The notes beneath the pieces are model-generated. The model saw only the letters and a list, made by a program, of their open reading frames with translations, was not told the DNA's origin and searched no databases. DNA of 49,880 bases from Actinomycetes bacterium (GTDB taxonomy: Bacteria > Actinomycetota > Acidimicrobiia > Acidimicrobiales > Bog-793), in assembly GCA_021796455.1 (NCBI GenBank), contig JAKACA010000003.1, positions 1-49,880 on the forward strand, in the 5' to 3' direction. A program made the position numbers and the translations under genes. Below are positions 8,863 through 17,353 of the stretch, piece after piece; the stretch's first letter is position 1, and the number at the start of each line of letters is the position of its first letter.

Positions 8863-9942
8863 CTAGGCGCCTGCTGCTTCGACCACGGACGGCTGGCCGC
8901 TCGCGCTCACCTCGCCCCCGTCGGAGATCACGATCGCCTGGAAGCTGACCTCGGCGGGGAGCGACCCCAAGTCCGGCGCGAAGTCGACCTTGTAGGTGTA
9001 GGTCCCTTTTGAGCACGGAATGTTCGCAGGGAGAGCGCCCTTCGCGATCGGGTCACTAGGGCCGCTCCAGGAATAGCCGAAGCTGCACTGAGAGGCATTC
9101 GTCACAGCGATCGAGAGGGTGACCGATCCACCCGTTGCCGGCAGGCTGGAAGGAGTCGCCGTAAAGCTCGCAGCCGTCGGCGCAAGGCCCCTCACATACA
9201 CGACCGCCTCGGCACTCGATGCGCCGCCGCCGAGCCCGGCCACCGAGAGAGCGAAGTACGTGGCCCTGCTTTGCCCACCGCTGACAGGGGGAAGTGCGAC
9301 GACTTTCGCCACCTTCCCGTCGGCACAGGGAAGCGAGACCGGGAGGCCGGCTATCTCGGGACTGGCGGAGATGACACAGCGAAGCGCCCTCAGCACTCTG
9401 GCGGTAAGTGTCACCGCTCCGCCCGATGGTGGCAGGGAGCTCGGGCTCGAGGAGAACGATGCGACGGCTGGGGGCCTCGGAAGCACGTGGACGTAAAGGA
9501 CCCGCTCGGCATAAGCGCCATGGCCACCGCTAGCCTTCAGCCGAAGGGGTATCGAGCGCACCCCTGCCCCGGCATCGCCTGGCACCCTTACCGTGATCGC
9601 GATATGACCTTGCCGGCAGGAGAGCCTCGACGGCACGCCCGCCATCTTGACGGTGGAGGTGACCTCGCACCTGGCTGCGCCCCGGGTTCGTGCCACAAGG
9701 CGAACCTTGCCGCCGCGATAATCGAGCTGGGACGGTGTCGCGCTGAACTTGGAGATGACCGGGCGCTCGGCACTCGAGGGGCGCTCGGCACTCGAGGGAC
9801 GCTCGGCACTCGAGCGGCCCTGGGCGCCGGCTCTCGCCGGTGCTCCCGGCACAGCGACCTGCACCATGATGGCGGCGCCTGCGAGAGCCGCGGCAAGACG
9901 GCTCCAGGCACGTGATCTTGACTTCGACAAGTTTTCCTCCAC
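8863..9942 (-). CDS. Secreted protein with three ~97-aa Cys-containing Ig-like repeats
   Basis: Signal-peptide-like N-terminus; repeats begin PVISKFSATPSQL, PAVASFSSSPSSL and PTAASFTATPSSL, each with GGxVxL and two aligned Cys. Confidence 0.7.
   Translation of the reverse strand: MEENLSKSRSRAWSRLAAALAGAAIMVQVAVPGAPARAGAQGRSSAERPSSAERPSSAERPVISKFSATPSQLDYRGGKVRLVARTRGAARCEVTSTVKMAGVPSRLSCRQGHIAITVRVPGDAGAGVRSIPLRLKASGGHGAYAERVLYVHVLPRPPAVASFSSSPSSLPPSGGAVTLTARVLRALRCVISASPEIAGLPVSLPCADGKVAKVVALPPVSGGQSRATYFALSVAGLGGGASSAEAVVYVRGLAPTAASFTATPSSLPATGGSVTLSIAVTNASQCSFGYSWSGPSDPIAKGALPANIPCSKGTYTYKVDFAPDLGSLPAEVSFQAIVISDGGEVSASGQPSVVEAAGA
9761..9814 (-). repeat. In-frame 18-bp tandem repeat x3 (SSAERP)
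   Basis: gggcgctcggcactcgag x2 plus ggacgctcggcactcgag. Confidence 0.9.
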
Positions 9943-10034
9943 CTAGCTCGGCAGGACAGCTCGCTCGACCAACCGTACATGCGGGGCGGGACAGCTTTGC
10001 TGCCCTGCGCCGCCGAGGGCTGCGCGTCTCGCGG

Positions 10035-11693
10035 TCACATGCTCGCCACCTCGCGCCAGCGCCCGAAAACGTCGGCCAGGGCGTCCATCACTTCTCCGAT
10101 CGTCGCGTAGGCGACGACAGCTTCATGAATTGCCGGCATCAGGTTGGCATCGCTTTGTTCCGCGGTCGCGCGGACCCCGGCGAGAGCCGCTTCGACCGCA
10201 TCAGCCGAACGGGACCCGCGAACGCCCGCGAGGCGCTTGTTCTGGAGCTCCTCGACCTCGTCTCCGATACGCAGGATCTGGGGCGGGTCCTCTTCGTTGC
10301 CCTCGAGGTAGCTGTTCACACCCACGACGATGCGACGCCGTGACGAGACCTTGCACTCATAAGCATAGGCCGCGTCGGCGATCTCGGACTGGAACCAACC
10401 GTCGTCGATCCCTGCGTACACGCCTTCGAGGATCGAGCCTTCGCCCAGCTCGTCTAGGTGGTCAAACACGGCTTCGGCCTGACGGTCCAGCTCGTCGGTG
10501 AGCGCCTCGAGAAAGTAGGAGCCGCCGAGCGGATCGGCGACCGCAGTGACGCCCATCTCGTGAGCCAACACCTGCTGGGTCCGAAGCGCGATGCGGGCCG
10601 CTTTCTCCGTCGGAAGCGCGAGGACCTCGTCCATCGAGTTCGTGTGCAGGCTCTGGGTACCACCGAGGACGCCGGCCAGGGCCTCTATCGCCGTGCGGAC
10701 GATGTTGACCTCCGGCTGCTGGGCGGTGAGCGAGCATCCGGCCGTCTGGGTGTGGAACCGTAGCTGGAGAGACCGCTCGTCGGTCGCGCCGTAGCGGTGT
10801 CTCATCCAGCGCGCCCAGATCCGGCGAGCAGCCCTGTACTTGGCGATCTCCTCGAAAAAGTCCAGATGGGCGTTGAAGAAGAAGCTCAGCCTCGGAGCGA
10901 ACTCGTCCACCGCAAGGCCCGCAGCTAGAGCTGCCTCCACATAGGCAAAGCCGTTGGCCAGAGTGAAAGCCAGCTCCTGGGCGGCCGTAGAGCCCGCTTC
11001 GCGAATGTGGTAGCCGGACACCGACACCGTGTGCCAGCGCGGCATCTCGGCAGTGCAGAAGCGGATCATGTCCGTGACGATCCGGACCGAGGGTCGCGGT
11101 GGGAAGACGTACTCCTTCTGGGCCTGGTACTCCTTCAAGATGTCGTTCTGGATCGTGCCTCCAAGGGCTCGCCTCGGCGTGCCGCCCTTCTCGGCGGCGG
11201 CGAAGTACATGGCCAGCAGCACCGCGGCGGGAGAGTTGATCGTCATCGACGTCGTCACCTTTGCGAGATCGACACCGGCAAAGAGATCCTCGACATCGGC
11301 CATCGTGTCGACAGCGACCCCGCAGCGGCCGACCTCCCCGCGGCTCTCGGGATCGGAGGAGTCACGACCCATGAGGGTGGGCAGGTCGAAGGCCGTCGAG
11401 AGCCCGTCGCCACCAGAGCGGAGAATCTCTTTGAACCTGGCGTTGGTGTCCTCCGCTGTGCCAAAGCCGGCGAACAGGCGCATTGTCCACAGCTTGGATC
11501 TGTACATGGAGGCATAGGGGCCACGCGTGTATGGGTAGAGCCCCGGAAGCTCATCGCCCGGCCCGTAGACCGGATCGACTGCCAGACCAGAGAGCGTCGC
11601 GAAATCGGCGTCCCTCAGAGGCGACGCTTCGTAGCCCTGCTGCCAGCGCTCCCAGTTGGTGGCGAGGTCATCGCCGTGAGCCTCATGTGACAC
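10035..11693 (-). CDS. icmA: B12-dependent acyl-CoA mutase large (substrate-binding) subunit, isobutyryl-CoA mutase type
   Basis: YPYTRG, WTMRLFAGFG, AFDLPTLMGRDS, SGYHIREAG, LRFHTQTAG; no DxHxxG B12-binding domain. Start GTG 11693 inferred from a -10 box 7 nt upstream (ORF track 11714). Confidence 0.8.
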   Translation of the reverse strand: MSHEAHGDDLATNWERWQQGYEASPLRDADFATLSGLAVDPVYGPGDELPGLYPYTRGPYASMYRSKLWTMRLFAGFGTAEDTNARFKEILRSGGDGLSTAFDLPTLMGRDSSDPESRGEVGRCGVAVDTMADVEDLFAGVDLAKVTTSMTINSPAAVLLAMYFAAAEKGGTPRRALGGTIQNDILKEYQAQKEYVFPPRPSVRIVTDMIRFCTAEMPRWHTVSVSGYHIREAGSTAAQELAFTLANGFAYVEAALAAGLAVDEFAPRLSFFFNAHLDFFEEIAKYRAARRIWARWMRHRYGATDERSLQLRFHTQTAGCSLTAQQPEVNIVRTAIEALAGVLGGTQSLHTNSMDEVLALPTEKAARIALRTQQVLAHEMGVTAVADPLGGSYFLEALTDELDRQAEAVFDHLDELGEGSILEGVYAGIDDGWFQSEIADAAYAYECKVSSRRRIVVGVNSYLEGNEEDPPQILRIGDEVEELQNKRLAGVRGSRSADAVEAALAGVRATAEQSDANLMPAIHEAVVAYATIGEVMDALADVFGRWREVASM

Positions 11694-11700
11694 GTCTACA

Positions 11701-11706
11701 AGTCTA
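11701..11706 (-). promoter_or_regulatory. -10 box TAGACT, leaderless-type spacing to the icmA GTG
   Basis: TAGACT, then 7 nt, then GTG at 11693. Confidence 0.55.
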
Positions 11707-11773
11707 CGGGTCAACTCCGAGCTCGTCCCGGTCGGCTCGGGCTCACCCCGATGGGGAGGCGGAGCGGCAATAA

Positions 11774-11807
11774 GCTAGACCGCTGCCTCGCCATTTGCTA
11801 GACCGCT
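11774..11807 (+). promoter_or_regulatory. 11-bp direct repeat GCTAGACCGCT x2, 23-bp period, directly upstream of pntAA
   Basis: Copies at 11774-11784 and 11797-11807; ATG at 11811. Confidence 0.5.
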
Positions 11808-11810
11808 TCC

Positions 11811-12947
11811 ATGGATGTGGCCGTGCCCCGTGAGACCACGCCCGGGGAGCGCCGTGTCGCTACCGTGCCCGAGGCCATCGCGAGGCTGGCGGCAAAGGAC
11901 ATAAAGGTCACGATCGAGTCGGGCGCGGGCCTTGGGGCCTTGTACGACGACGAGTCCTACCTGGCGGCCGGAGCGACGGTCGCGCCCGACGCTGATGTCC
12001 TCTACGGCACCGCCGACGTCGTCTGCAAGGTGCAACCACCGACACTGGGGGAGGCCGAGCGCCTCCGCGAGGACTCGGCGCTGCTCTGCATGCTGCAGCC
12101 AGCCTCCAACCTTGAGCTCGTCCAGGTGCTGGTGAGACGGCGGATCATGGCCTTCAGTCTCGACCTGTTGCCACGGATCAGCCGTGCCCAGGCAATGGAC
12201 GCTCTGTCGTCACAGGCGACCGTCACCGGCTACTGCGGCGCGCTCTTCGCCGCGTCACGGCTGCACCGGTTCTTCCCGATGTTCATGACTGCTGCAGGAA
12301 CAGTGCCGCCGGCCAAGGTGCTCGTGCTCGGCGCCGGGGTCGCCGGCCTGCAGGCTATCGCCACCGCGCGCCGGCTGGGGGCCGTCGTGCGCGCCTATGA
12401 CGTGCGACCAGCCGCGCGCGACGAGGTCCGCTCTCTCGGGGCCACATTCGTCGAGCTGCAGCTCGAAGCCCAGGAGGGACAGGGTGGTTATGCAGCAGAG
12501 CAGTCCGAGGAGTTCCTCGCCCGTCAGCGAGAGCTGATCGGAAACGAGGTCGCGGCGGCCGACGCCGTGATCACGACCGCGGCGATCCCCGGCCGCCGCG
12601 CCCCCCTCCTTGTCACCGGTGAGATGGTTCGCCGTATGCGGGCCGGCAGCGTTGTCGTCGATCTCGCGGCGGAGACCGGTGGCAACTGCGAGCTCTCGGA
12701 GCCAGGCGCCGAGACCGCCGTGAACGACGTGGTGGTCTACGGCGCGAGCAACCTGGCCAGCTCGCTTTCCACCCACGCGAGCTTTCTCTACGCACGCAAC
12801 ATCGCCGAGATGCTCGCTTTGTTGGTGTCCGACGGCGCGTTTCGCCCCGACTTCGAGGACGAGATCGTCTCGAGCACCTGTGTGACCTGCGCCGGCGAGA
12901 TCAGGCACGGCGCCACGAGGGCGCTCATAGAAGGGGGGAGCTCGTGA
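11811..12947 (+). CDS. pntAA: NAD(P) transhydrogenase subunit alpha, part 1 (domain I)
   Basis: VPRET..GERRVATVP, ESGAG, QAMDALSSQA, VLGAGVAGLQA, TTAAIPG, DLAAETGGNCE. Confidence 0.95.
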   Translation: MDVAVPRETTPGERRVATVPEAIARLAAKDIKVTIESGAGLGALYDDESYLAAGATVAPDADVLYGTADVVCKVQPPTLGEAERLREDSALLCMLQPASNLELVQVLVRRRIMAFSLDLLPRISRAQAMDALSSQATVTGYCGALFAASRLHRFFPMFMTAAGTVPPAKVLVLGAGVAGLQAIATARRLGAVVRAYDVRPAARDEVRSLGATFVELQLEAQEGQGGYAAEQSEEFLARQRELIGNEVAAADAVITTAAIPGRRAPLLVTGEMVRRMRAGSVVVDLAAETGGNCELSEPGAETAVNDVVVYGASNLASSLSTHASFLYARNIAEMLALLVSDGAFRPDFEDEIVSSTCVTCAGEIRHGATRALIEGGSS

Positions 12948-13333
12948 ACGGCTCCGACATACTCACGCTCGTCACCGTCTTCGTCCTCTCCGGTTTCGTC
13001 GGTTTCGAAGTCATCTCGAAGGTTCCAAGTGTCCTGCACACCCCCCTCATGTCGGGGACGAACGCCATCCACGGCGTAGTGCTCGTGGGCTCGATGATCG
13101 TCCTTGGATCAGCTCATGGTTCCGTGGAGATTGCTCTGGGTTTCTTGGCTGTGGTGCTCGCGACGGTCAACGTGGTCGGTGGCTTCGTCGTCACGGACCG
13201 CATGCTCGAGATGTTCAAGGGTCCGGCCAGGACCCGGGCCAAGTCGACTCCCGGTGACGGATCGGCTCCCGAGGAAGGGACCGGTCCCCAGCTGGGGACC
13301 GGCTCCCAGGGGGGGACCGGAGGGACGCTTTGA
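12944..13333 (+). CDS. pntAB: NAD(P) transhydrogenase subunit alpha, part 2 (membrane)
   Basis: KVPSVLHTPLMSGTNAIHG and NVVGGFVVTDRMLEMF; GTGA overlap with pntAA. Confidence 0.95.
   Translation: MNGSDILTLVTVFVLSGFVGFEVISKVPSVLHTPLMSGTNAIHGVVLVGSMIVLGSAHGSVEIALGFLAVVLATVNVVGGFVVTDRMLEMFKGPARTRAKSTPGDGSAPEEGTGPQLGTGSQGGTGGTL
13277..13330 (+). repeat. Degenerate 18-bp repeat x3 (GTGPQL/GTGSQG/GTGGTL) in the PntAB tail
   Basis: Each unit begins gggaccgg, at 13277, 13295 and 13313. Confidence 0.6.
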
Positions 13334-14715
13334 GCCTCGACACAGGCATACGCCTCGCTTATCTCGTAGCAGCCATCTGCTTCATCATTGCGCTGCGCGG
13401 TCTGTCCGGGCCGAAGACTGCGAGAGCCGGCAACCTCGTCGGTGCTGCCGGAATGCTGCTGGCGATCGGCATGACGTTCGCGACGCCGGGGCTGTCTCGT
13501 TTCGGCCTCATGGCCGCGGCGATGGCTATCGGCGCGGTCATCGGCTTCCCAGCCGCTCGCCTCGTAAAGATGACGGCCATACCCCAGATGGTGGCTGCCT
13601 TCAACGGGGTCGGAGGGGGGGCAGCCGCCCTCATCGCGCTCTCGACGTTCCTCAAGGCCACACCAGCAGACCTTGCCATCTACGAGGTCGTCGAGATCCT
13701 CCTCGGCGTGATAATCGGCTCGGTGTCCTTCGCCGGCTCGATCATCGCCTTTGCCAAGCTCCAGGAGCTGATGAGCGGTCGACCCATCACCTACCCGGGC
13801 CAGCAGGTGCTGAATGGCGCCGTCGGCGCCGGGATCCTCGCACTCGGCGTGGCCGCCTGCGTCTCTCCGCACACCTGGATCGTCGTCACCATCGCCGTGC
13901 TCGCGCTCGCGTTCGGGATTGCCTTCGTGCTCCCGATCGGGGGTGCGGACGTCCCGGTCCTCATATCGTTGCTCAACTCCTTCACTGGGCTCGCGGTCGC
14001 AGCGAGCGGTTTCGTCCTCCACGCGGTGGTCCTGGTCGTGGCAGGCACGCTCGTCGGAGCTTCGGGCACGCTGCTGACGAGGATGATGAGCGCGGCGATG
14101 GGTCGCTCCCTCCCCAATATCTTGTTCAGCGCCTTCGGCTCGGTTATCACCGCCAATGCCGAGGGCCAGGAAGGAGGTGACCGCTCTGTCCGCTCCGGTA
14201 GCCCTGACGACATCGCCGTGCTGCTCGCGTACTCGCGAAAGGTGATCATCGTGCCTGGATACGGGCTCGCGGTCGCGCAGGCACAGCACAGCGCACGCGA
14301 GCTGGCCGAACTGCTCGAGTCTCGCGGTGTCGAGGTCCTCTATGCCATCCACCCTGTTGCAGGCCGCATGCCGGGGCACATGAACGTCCTGCTCGCGGAG
14401 GCTGACGTGCCTTATGAGAAGCTGAAAGAGATGGACGACGCCAACCCGGAATTCCAGACGACTGATGTGGCCCTTGTCGTTGGCGCCAACGACGTCGTCA
14501 ACCCCGCGGCGAAGAACTCGCCTGGCAGCCCGATCTACGGCATGCCGATACTCCAGGTCGACCAGGCAAGAAACGTCGTCTTTCTCAAGCGCTCAATGCG
14601 GCCGGGGTTCGCGGGGATCGACAACGATCTTCTCTTCGATCAAAAGACGACGCTTCTGTTCGGCGACGCGAAGGACTCTCTCTCCAAGCTGGTCGCGGCT
14701 GTCAAACGCCTGTGA
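13330..14715 (+). CDS. pntB: NAD(P) transhydrogenase subunit beta
   Basis: MTAIPQMVAAFNGVGG, GGADVPVLISLLNS, PGYGLAVAQAQH, IHPVAGRMPGHMNVLLAEA, GANDVVNPAA. Confidence 0.96.
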   Translation: MSLDTGIRLAYLVAAICFIIALRGLSGPKTARAGNLVGAAGMLLAIGMTFATPGLSRFGLMAAAMAIGAVIGFPAARLVKMTAIPQMVAAFNGVGGGAAALIALSTFLKATPADLAIYEVVEILLGVIIGSVSFAGSIIAFAKLQELMSGRPITYPGQQVLNGAVGAGILALGVAACVSPHTWIVVTIAVLALAFGIAFVLPIGGADVPVLISLLNSFTGLAVAASGFVLHAVVLVVAGTLVGASGTLLTRMMSAAMGRSLPNILFSAFGSVITANAEGQEGGDRSVRSGSPDDIAVLLAYSRKVIIVPGYGLAVAQAQHSARELAELLESRGVEVLYAIHPVAGRMPGHMNVLLAEADVPYEKLKEMDDANPEFQTTDVALVVGANDVVNPAAKNSPGSPIYGMPILQVDQARNVVFLKRSMRPGFAGIDNDLLFDQKTTLLFGDAKDSLSKLVAAVKRL

Positions 14716-15808
14716 TCTCGTGACCTCGGCGCACGCCGAGATCGGCGCCACCCTCTTCGATCGCGTTGTTGCCCTCGGCGTCGATCGCCTGGCCGAAGAC
14801 GATCAGGCCCTGGCTCGTTGGACGCGTCGAGAGCACCGAGATCTCGACTCCTTCCTCGCCGATTCGGTGCGCCGCGTCGTTCACGACGACCATGTCACCG
14901 TCGGGTAGGTACCCGACCGCCTGGCGTGGCTGGGTTCCCGGCCTGACGAGGTCGACCCGGAGGCGCTCGCCCGGGACGTGATCGGGCGCCAGGTCGGCCA
15001 CGAGGGCCCGCACGTCGACGATTGGGACCCCGGACAGGCGCTGGTCGCGGGTGGGATCAGGAGCCGATGTGATCACTCGCGCCTGCAGCCGTTCGGCGAG
15101 CACGAGCACCTTCTCCCCGGTCGTAAGCGCCTCGGGAACATCACCTGTGACGAGGCTGACCGTCACACCCGACTGCCGGATCGCTTCGAGGGCCTCCAAG
15201 CCGCGGCGCGCCCGGCGAGATATAACCGGGTCCGGGGCGCCCGCCAAGGTCCGCAGCTCATCGACGACGAGCTCGGGCACGAGTATCTCGGCCCCGAGCA
15301 GACCCGAGCCACCAAGGGCGAGAAAGGCACGGTCCATCACCGCCGAGGTGTCCGCCATCACAGCCCCGAGATGGGCTTCGTCCTCACCGACCGCGAGACG
15401 TCGCGAGAGTCGGGCGGCATCGGCCAGCTGGCCTCCTTTGGCCGTCCCAACCTTGAGGCCGAGATAACCGATCACCCAGGCAAAGGCGGCCGCGATCGGG
15501 TAGTCGTAGTCCTGCTTCACGAAGACGAAAAGAGGTATGCAAGCCACGGCGCCGACGAGAAAGCCAATCCCGCCGAGCAGCGCACCCGCGAGTATCTCGG
15601 CAGCCGGCACGTCCCGCCATCGGCGGTTTGCCTTGCGCGATATGTGCTGGACACCACGCCCGAAGACACCGCCGATCACGTAAGCGACGAGCACGCCGAT
15701 GGTCGCCCCGAGCACGTGGGCGCCAGAAGATGAGCCTTCCGTCACCGACAGCCCGACGAGCGCGCCGATGACGACGACGATCAGACGGGATATCTCGATG
15801 AACACCAC
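14702..15808 (-). CDS. Membrane-anchored PIN/TRAM domain protein (YacL-like)
   Basis: About four N-terminal TM helices; PIN motifs ADTSAVMD, VPELVVDEL, RRARRGL; C-terminal TRAM PG....QAVGYLPDGDMVVV. Start GTG 15808 or 15805 inferred. Confidence 0.82.
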   Translation of the reverse strand: MVFIEISRLIVVVIGALVGLSVTEGSSSGAHVLGATIGVLVAYVIGGVFGRGVQHISRKANRRWRDVPAAEILAGALLGGIGFLVGAVACIPLFVFVKQDYDYPIAAAFAWVIGYLGLKVGTAKGGQLADAARLSRRLAVGEDEAHLGAVMADTSAVMDRAFLALGGSGLLGAEILVPELVVDELRTLAGAPDPVISRRARRGLEALEAIRQSGVTVSLVTGDVPEALTTGEKVLVLAERLQARVITSAPDPTRDQRLSGVPIVDVRALVADLAPDHVPGERLRVDLVRPGTQPRQAVGYLPDGDMVVVNDAAHRIGEEGVEISVLSTRPTSQGLIVFGQAIDAEGNNAIEEGGADLGVRRGHEITGV

Positions 15809-15933
15809 AGGACAAGAGCGTAATGAAGCCTCGGGGTCACCGACTGCAAGGAGGCAGTGCGACCAACCCGCGCGCCGGACGAACCGGCTGGTGCCCACTT
15901 ATCAGCAGTGGTGCGAAGTACGCTCGCCCGGCG

Positions 15934-17235
15934 ATGACATCTAGGCGCCGGCAGGGCATCGCTGTCGTCACCGCCGTAAGCCTCGTTGTTCTTCTTGTCG
16001 CCGGAGGAGCGTTCGCCCTTTCCCGACGTGGGGCACACGGCTCCGGTCCCGGCACGGCCTTCTCCAGTACTACGACGACAAACCCTTATGCCGCGCGAGA
16101 AGCCGCCGCCGTGCTCGCCGCCGAAGGAGCCGTGAACCTGCCGCTCGCCTCCGTAAGCGGAGCGACCGTCCCCCGACTAGCCAAGCGTCCCTACCGCCAT
16201 CCCCTCGGTTCGCACGAGGTGGTGGGCTTCGTGCCTTACTACGAGCTCGGCTCGCTTGCGGGGACGCACCTTGCAGCCTTCACGTACCTCGTCTACTTCG
16301 CCCTGCAAGTGCGCGCCGATGCAACCCTTGTCGAGAGCAGCACCTCCGGCGGCTGGAGGTCCCTACAAGACGGACGAGCTTCCGGTCTCTTGACAACCGC
16401 GCGTGCTGGAGGCGACCGTGTCCTTCTGAGCGTGTTCGCCGATCGCCAGTCAGTTCTCCAGGGCCTCTGCTCCCAACCGGTCACTGCTGCTCGACGCCTC
16501 GCAGACAGCCTTGCCCCGCTGCTCTCGCGCTACGGCTTCGCCGGAGTCGACCTCGACCTCGAGGGCAGGAACCCCTCGGACCGAAGTGGTTTCACCGCAT
16601 TCGTGACAGCGCTGTCCGGTCGCCTCCGTGCCATCGACCCTTCGTGGAACCTGATGCTGAACGTGTTCCCGCAGTCGGCTGAGTACCCCGGCGGCATCTT
16701 CGACCTGCAGGCACTGGCGCCGTCGGTGAACGAGCTGTTCGTCATGGCATACGACATGAACAGCACCGAGGTTCCCAGTCCGAGCGCCCCACTTTTTGGC
16801 AGTGGGCTGAGCGACGCAGCTGCGCTCGCCACCTACTCAGCCGAGGGACTGGCTGCAAAAGTGATCCTCGGAGTGCCCTTTTACGGCTACGACTTTCCCG
16901 CGCTCGGTCCCTTGGTCGGCGAGCCGGCCTACGGGCAGCCATATGCGGTCACCTACGACGACATCGTGGCCTCGATCACCGACAACGGCCACAAGCCACG
17001 ATGGGATCCCTACAGCGACACTCCGTTCATCTCGTTCAAACGAGCGGGAAGGTGGCACCAGACGTGGTACGACGATCCCGCCTCCGTCGCCCTCAAGGTC
17101 GCGCTGGCTGCCCAGTTTCATGTCGCGGGAGTGGGGGCCTGGGAGCTCGGGATGGTGGAAGGTCAGCCGAAGATGATCTCCGTTCTCGCCGGAGGCTCCC
17201 CGGTCGTAAAGCTCCCACTGCCCCACCAGCCCTGA
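15934..17235 (+). CDS. Membrane-anchored or secreted GH18 glycoside hydrolase
   Basis: N-terminal TM/signal; VVGFVPYY, GVDLDLE (DxDxE), VMAYD, LGVPFYGYD, GVGAWELG. ATG 15934 preferred over ORF start 15823. Confidence 0.85.
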   Translation: MTSRRRQGIAVVTAVSLVVLLVAGGAFALSRRGAHGSGPGTAFSSTTTTNPYAAREAAAVLAAEGAVNLPLASVSGATVPRLAKRPYRHPLGSHEVVGFVPYYELGSLAGTHLAAFTYLVYFALQVRADATLVESSTSGGWRSLQDGRASGLLTTARAGGDRVLLSVFADRQSVLQGLCSQPVTAARRLADSLAPLLSRYGFAGVDLDLEGRNPSDRSGFTAFVTALSGRLRAIDPSWNLMLNVFPQSAEYPGGIFDLQALAPSVNELFVMAYDMNSTEVPSPSAPLFGSGLSDAAALATYSAEGLAAKVILGVPFYGYDFPALGPLVGEPAYGQPYAVTYDDIVASITDNGHKPRWDPYSDTPFISFKRAGRWHQTWYDDPASVALKVALAAQFHVAGVGAWELGMVEGQPKMISVLAGGSPVVKLPLPHQP

Positions 17236-17236
17236 A

Positions 17237-17283
17237 CCCCCGGGGTCGGGCGCGACCCGGGCGGTCGAGCCCGATCCCGGGGG
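17237..17283 (+). terminator. 21-bp imperfect hairpin after the GH18 stop
   Basis: CCCCCGGGGTCGGGCGCGACC-CGGGC-GGTCGAGCCCGATCCCGGGGG; one mismatch and one G-U pair. Confidence 0.7.
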
Positions 17284-17321
17284 GCAGAATGCATTACAGA
17301 TGTCCGGCGGGCACCACCGAG

Positions 17322-17347
17322 TATGCTCACTGTGAGCCCAGAGTGGT
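17322..17347 (+). promoter_or_regulatory. Putative -10 (TATGCT), palindrome GCTCAC-T-GTGAGC and motif GCCCAGAGTGGT upstream of the giant cyclase
   Basis: TATGCT 17322-17327, palindrome 17325-17337, 12-mer 17336-17347; function inferred. Confidence 0.4.
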
Positions 17348-17353
17348 CGGGTC

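Noticed and set aside
11694-11810. Cobalamin riboswitch upstream of the B12-dependent mutase
   Set aside because: The region is only 117 bp, lacks B12-box features, and the mutase appears leaderless.
959-17235. GH38 plus GH18 as an N-glycan degradation locus
   Set aside because: They are 11 kb apart and separated by unrelated operons; GH38 has no signal peptide and no sugar transporter is present.
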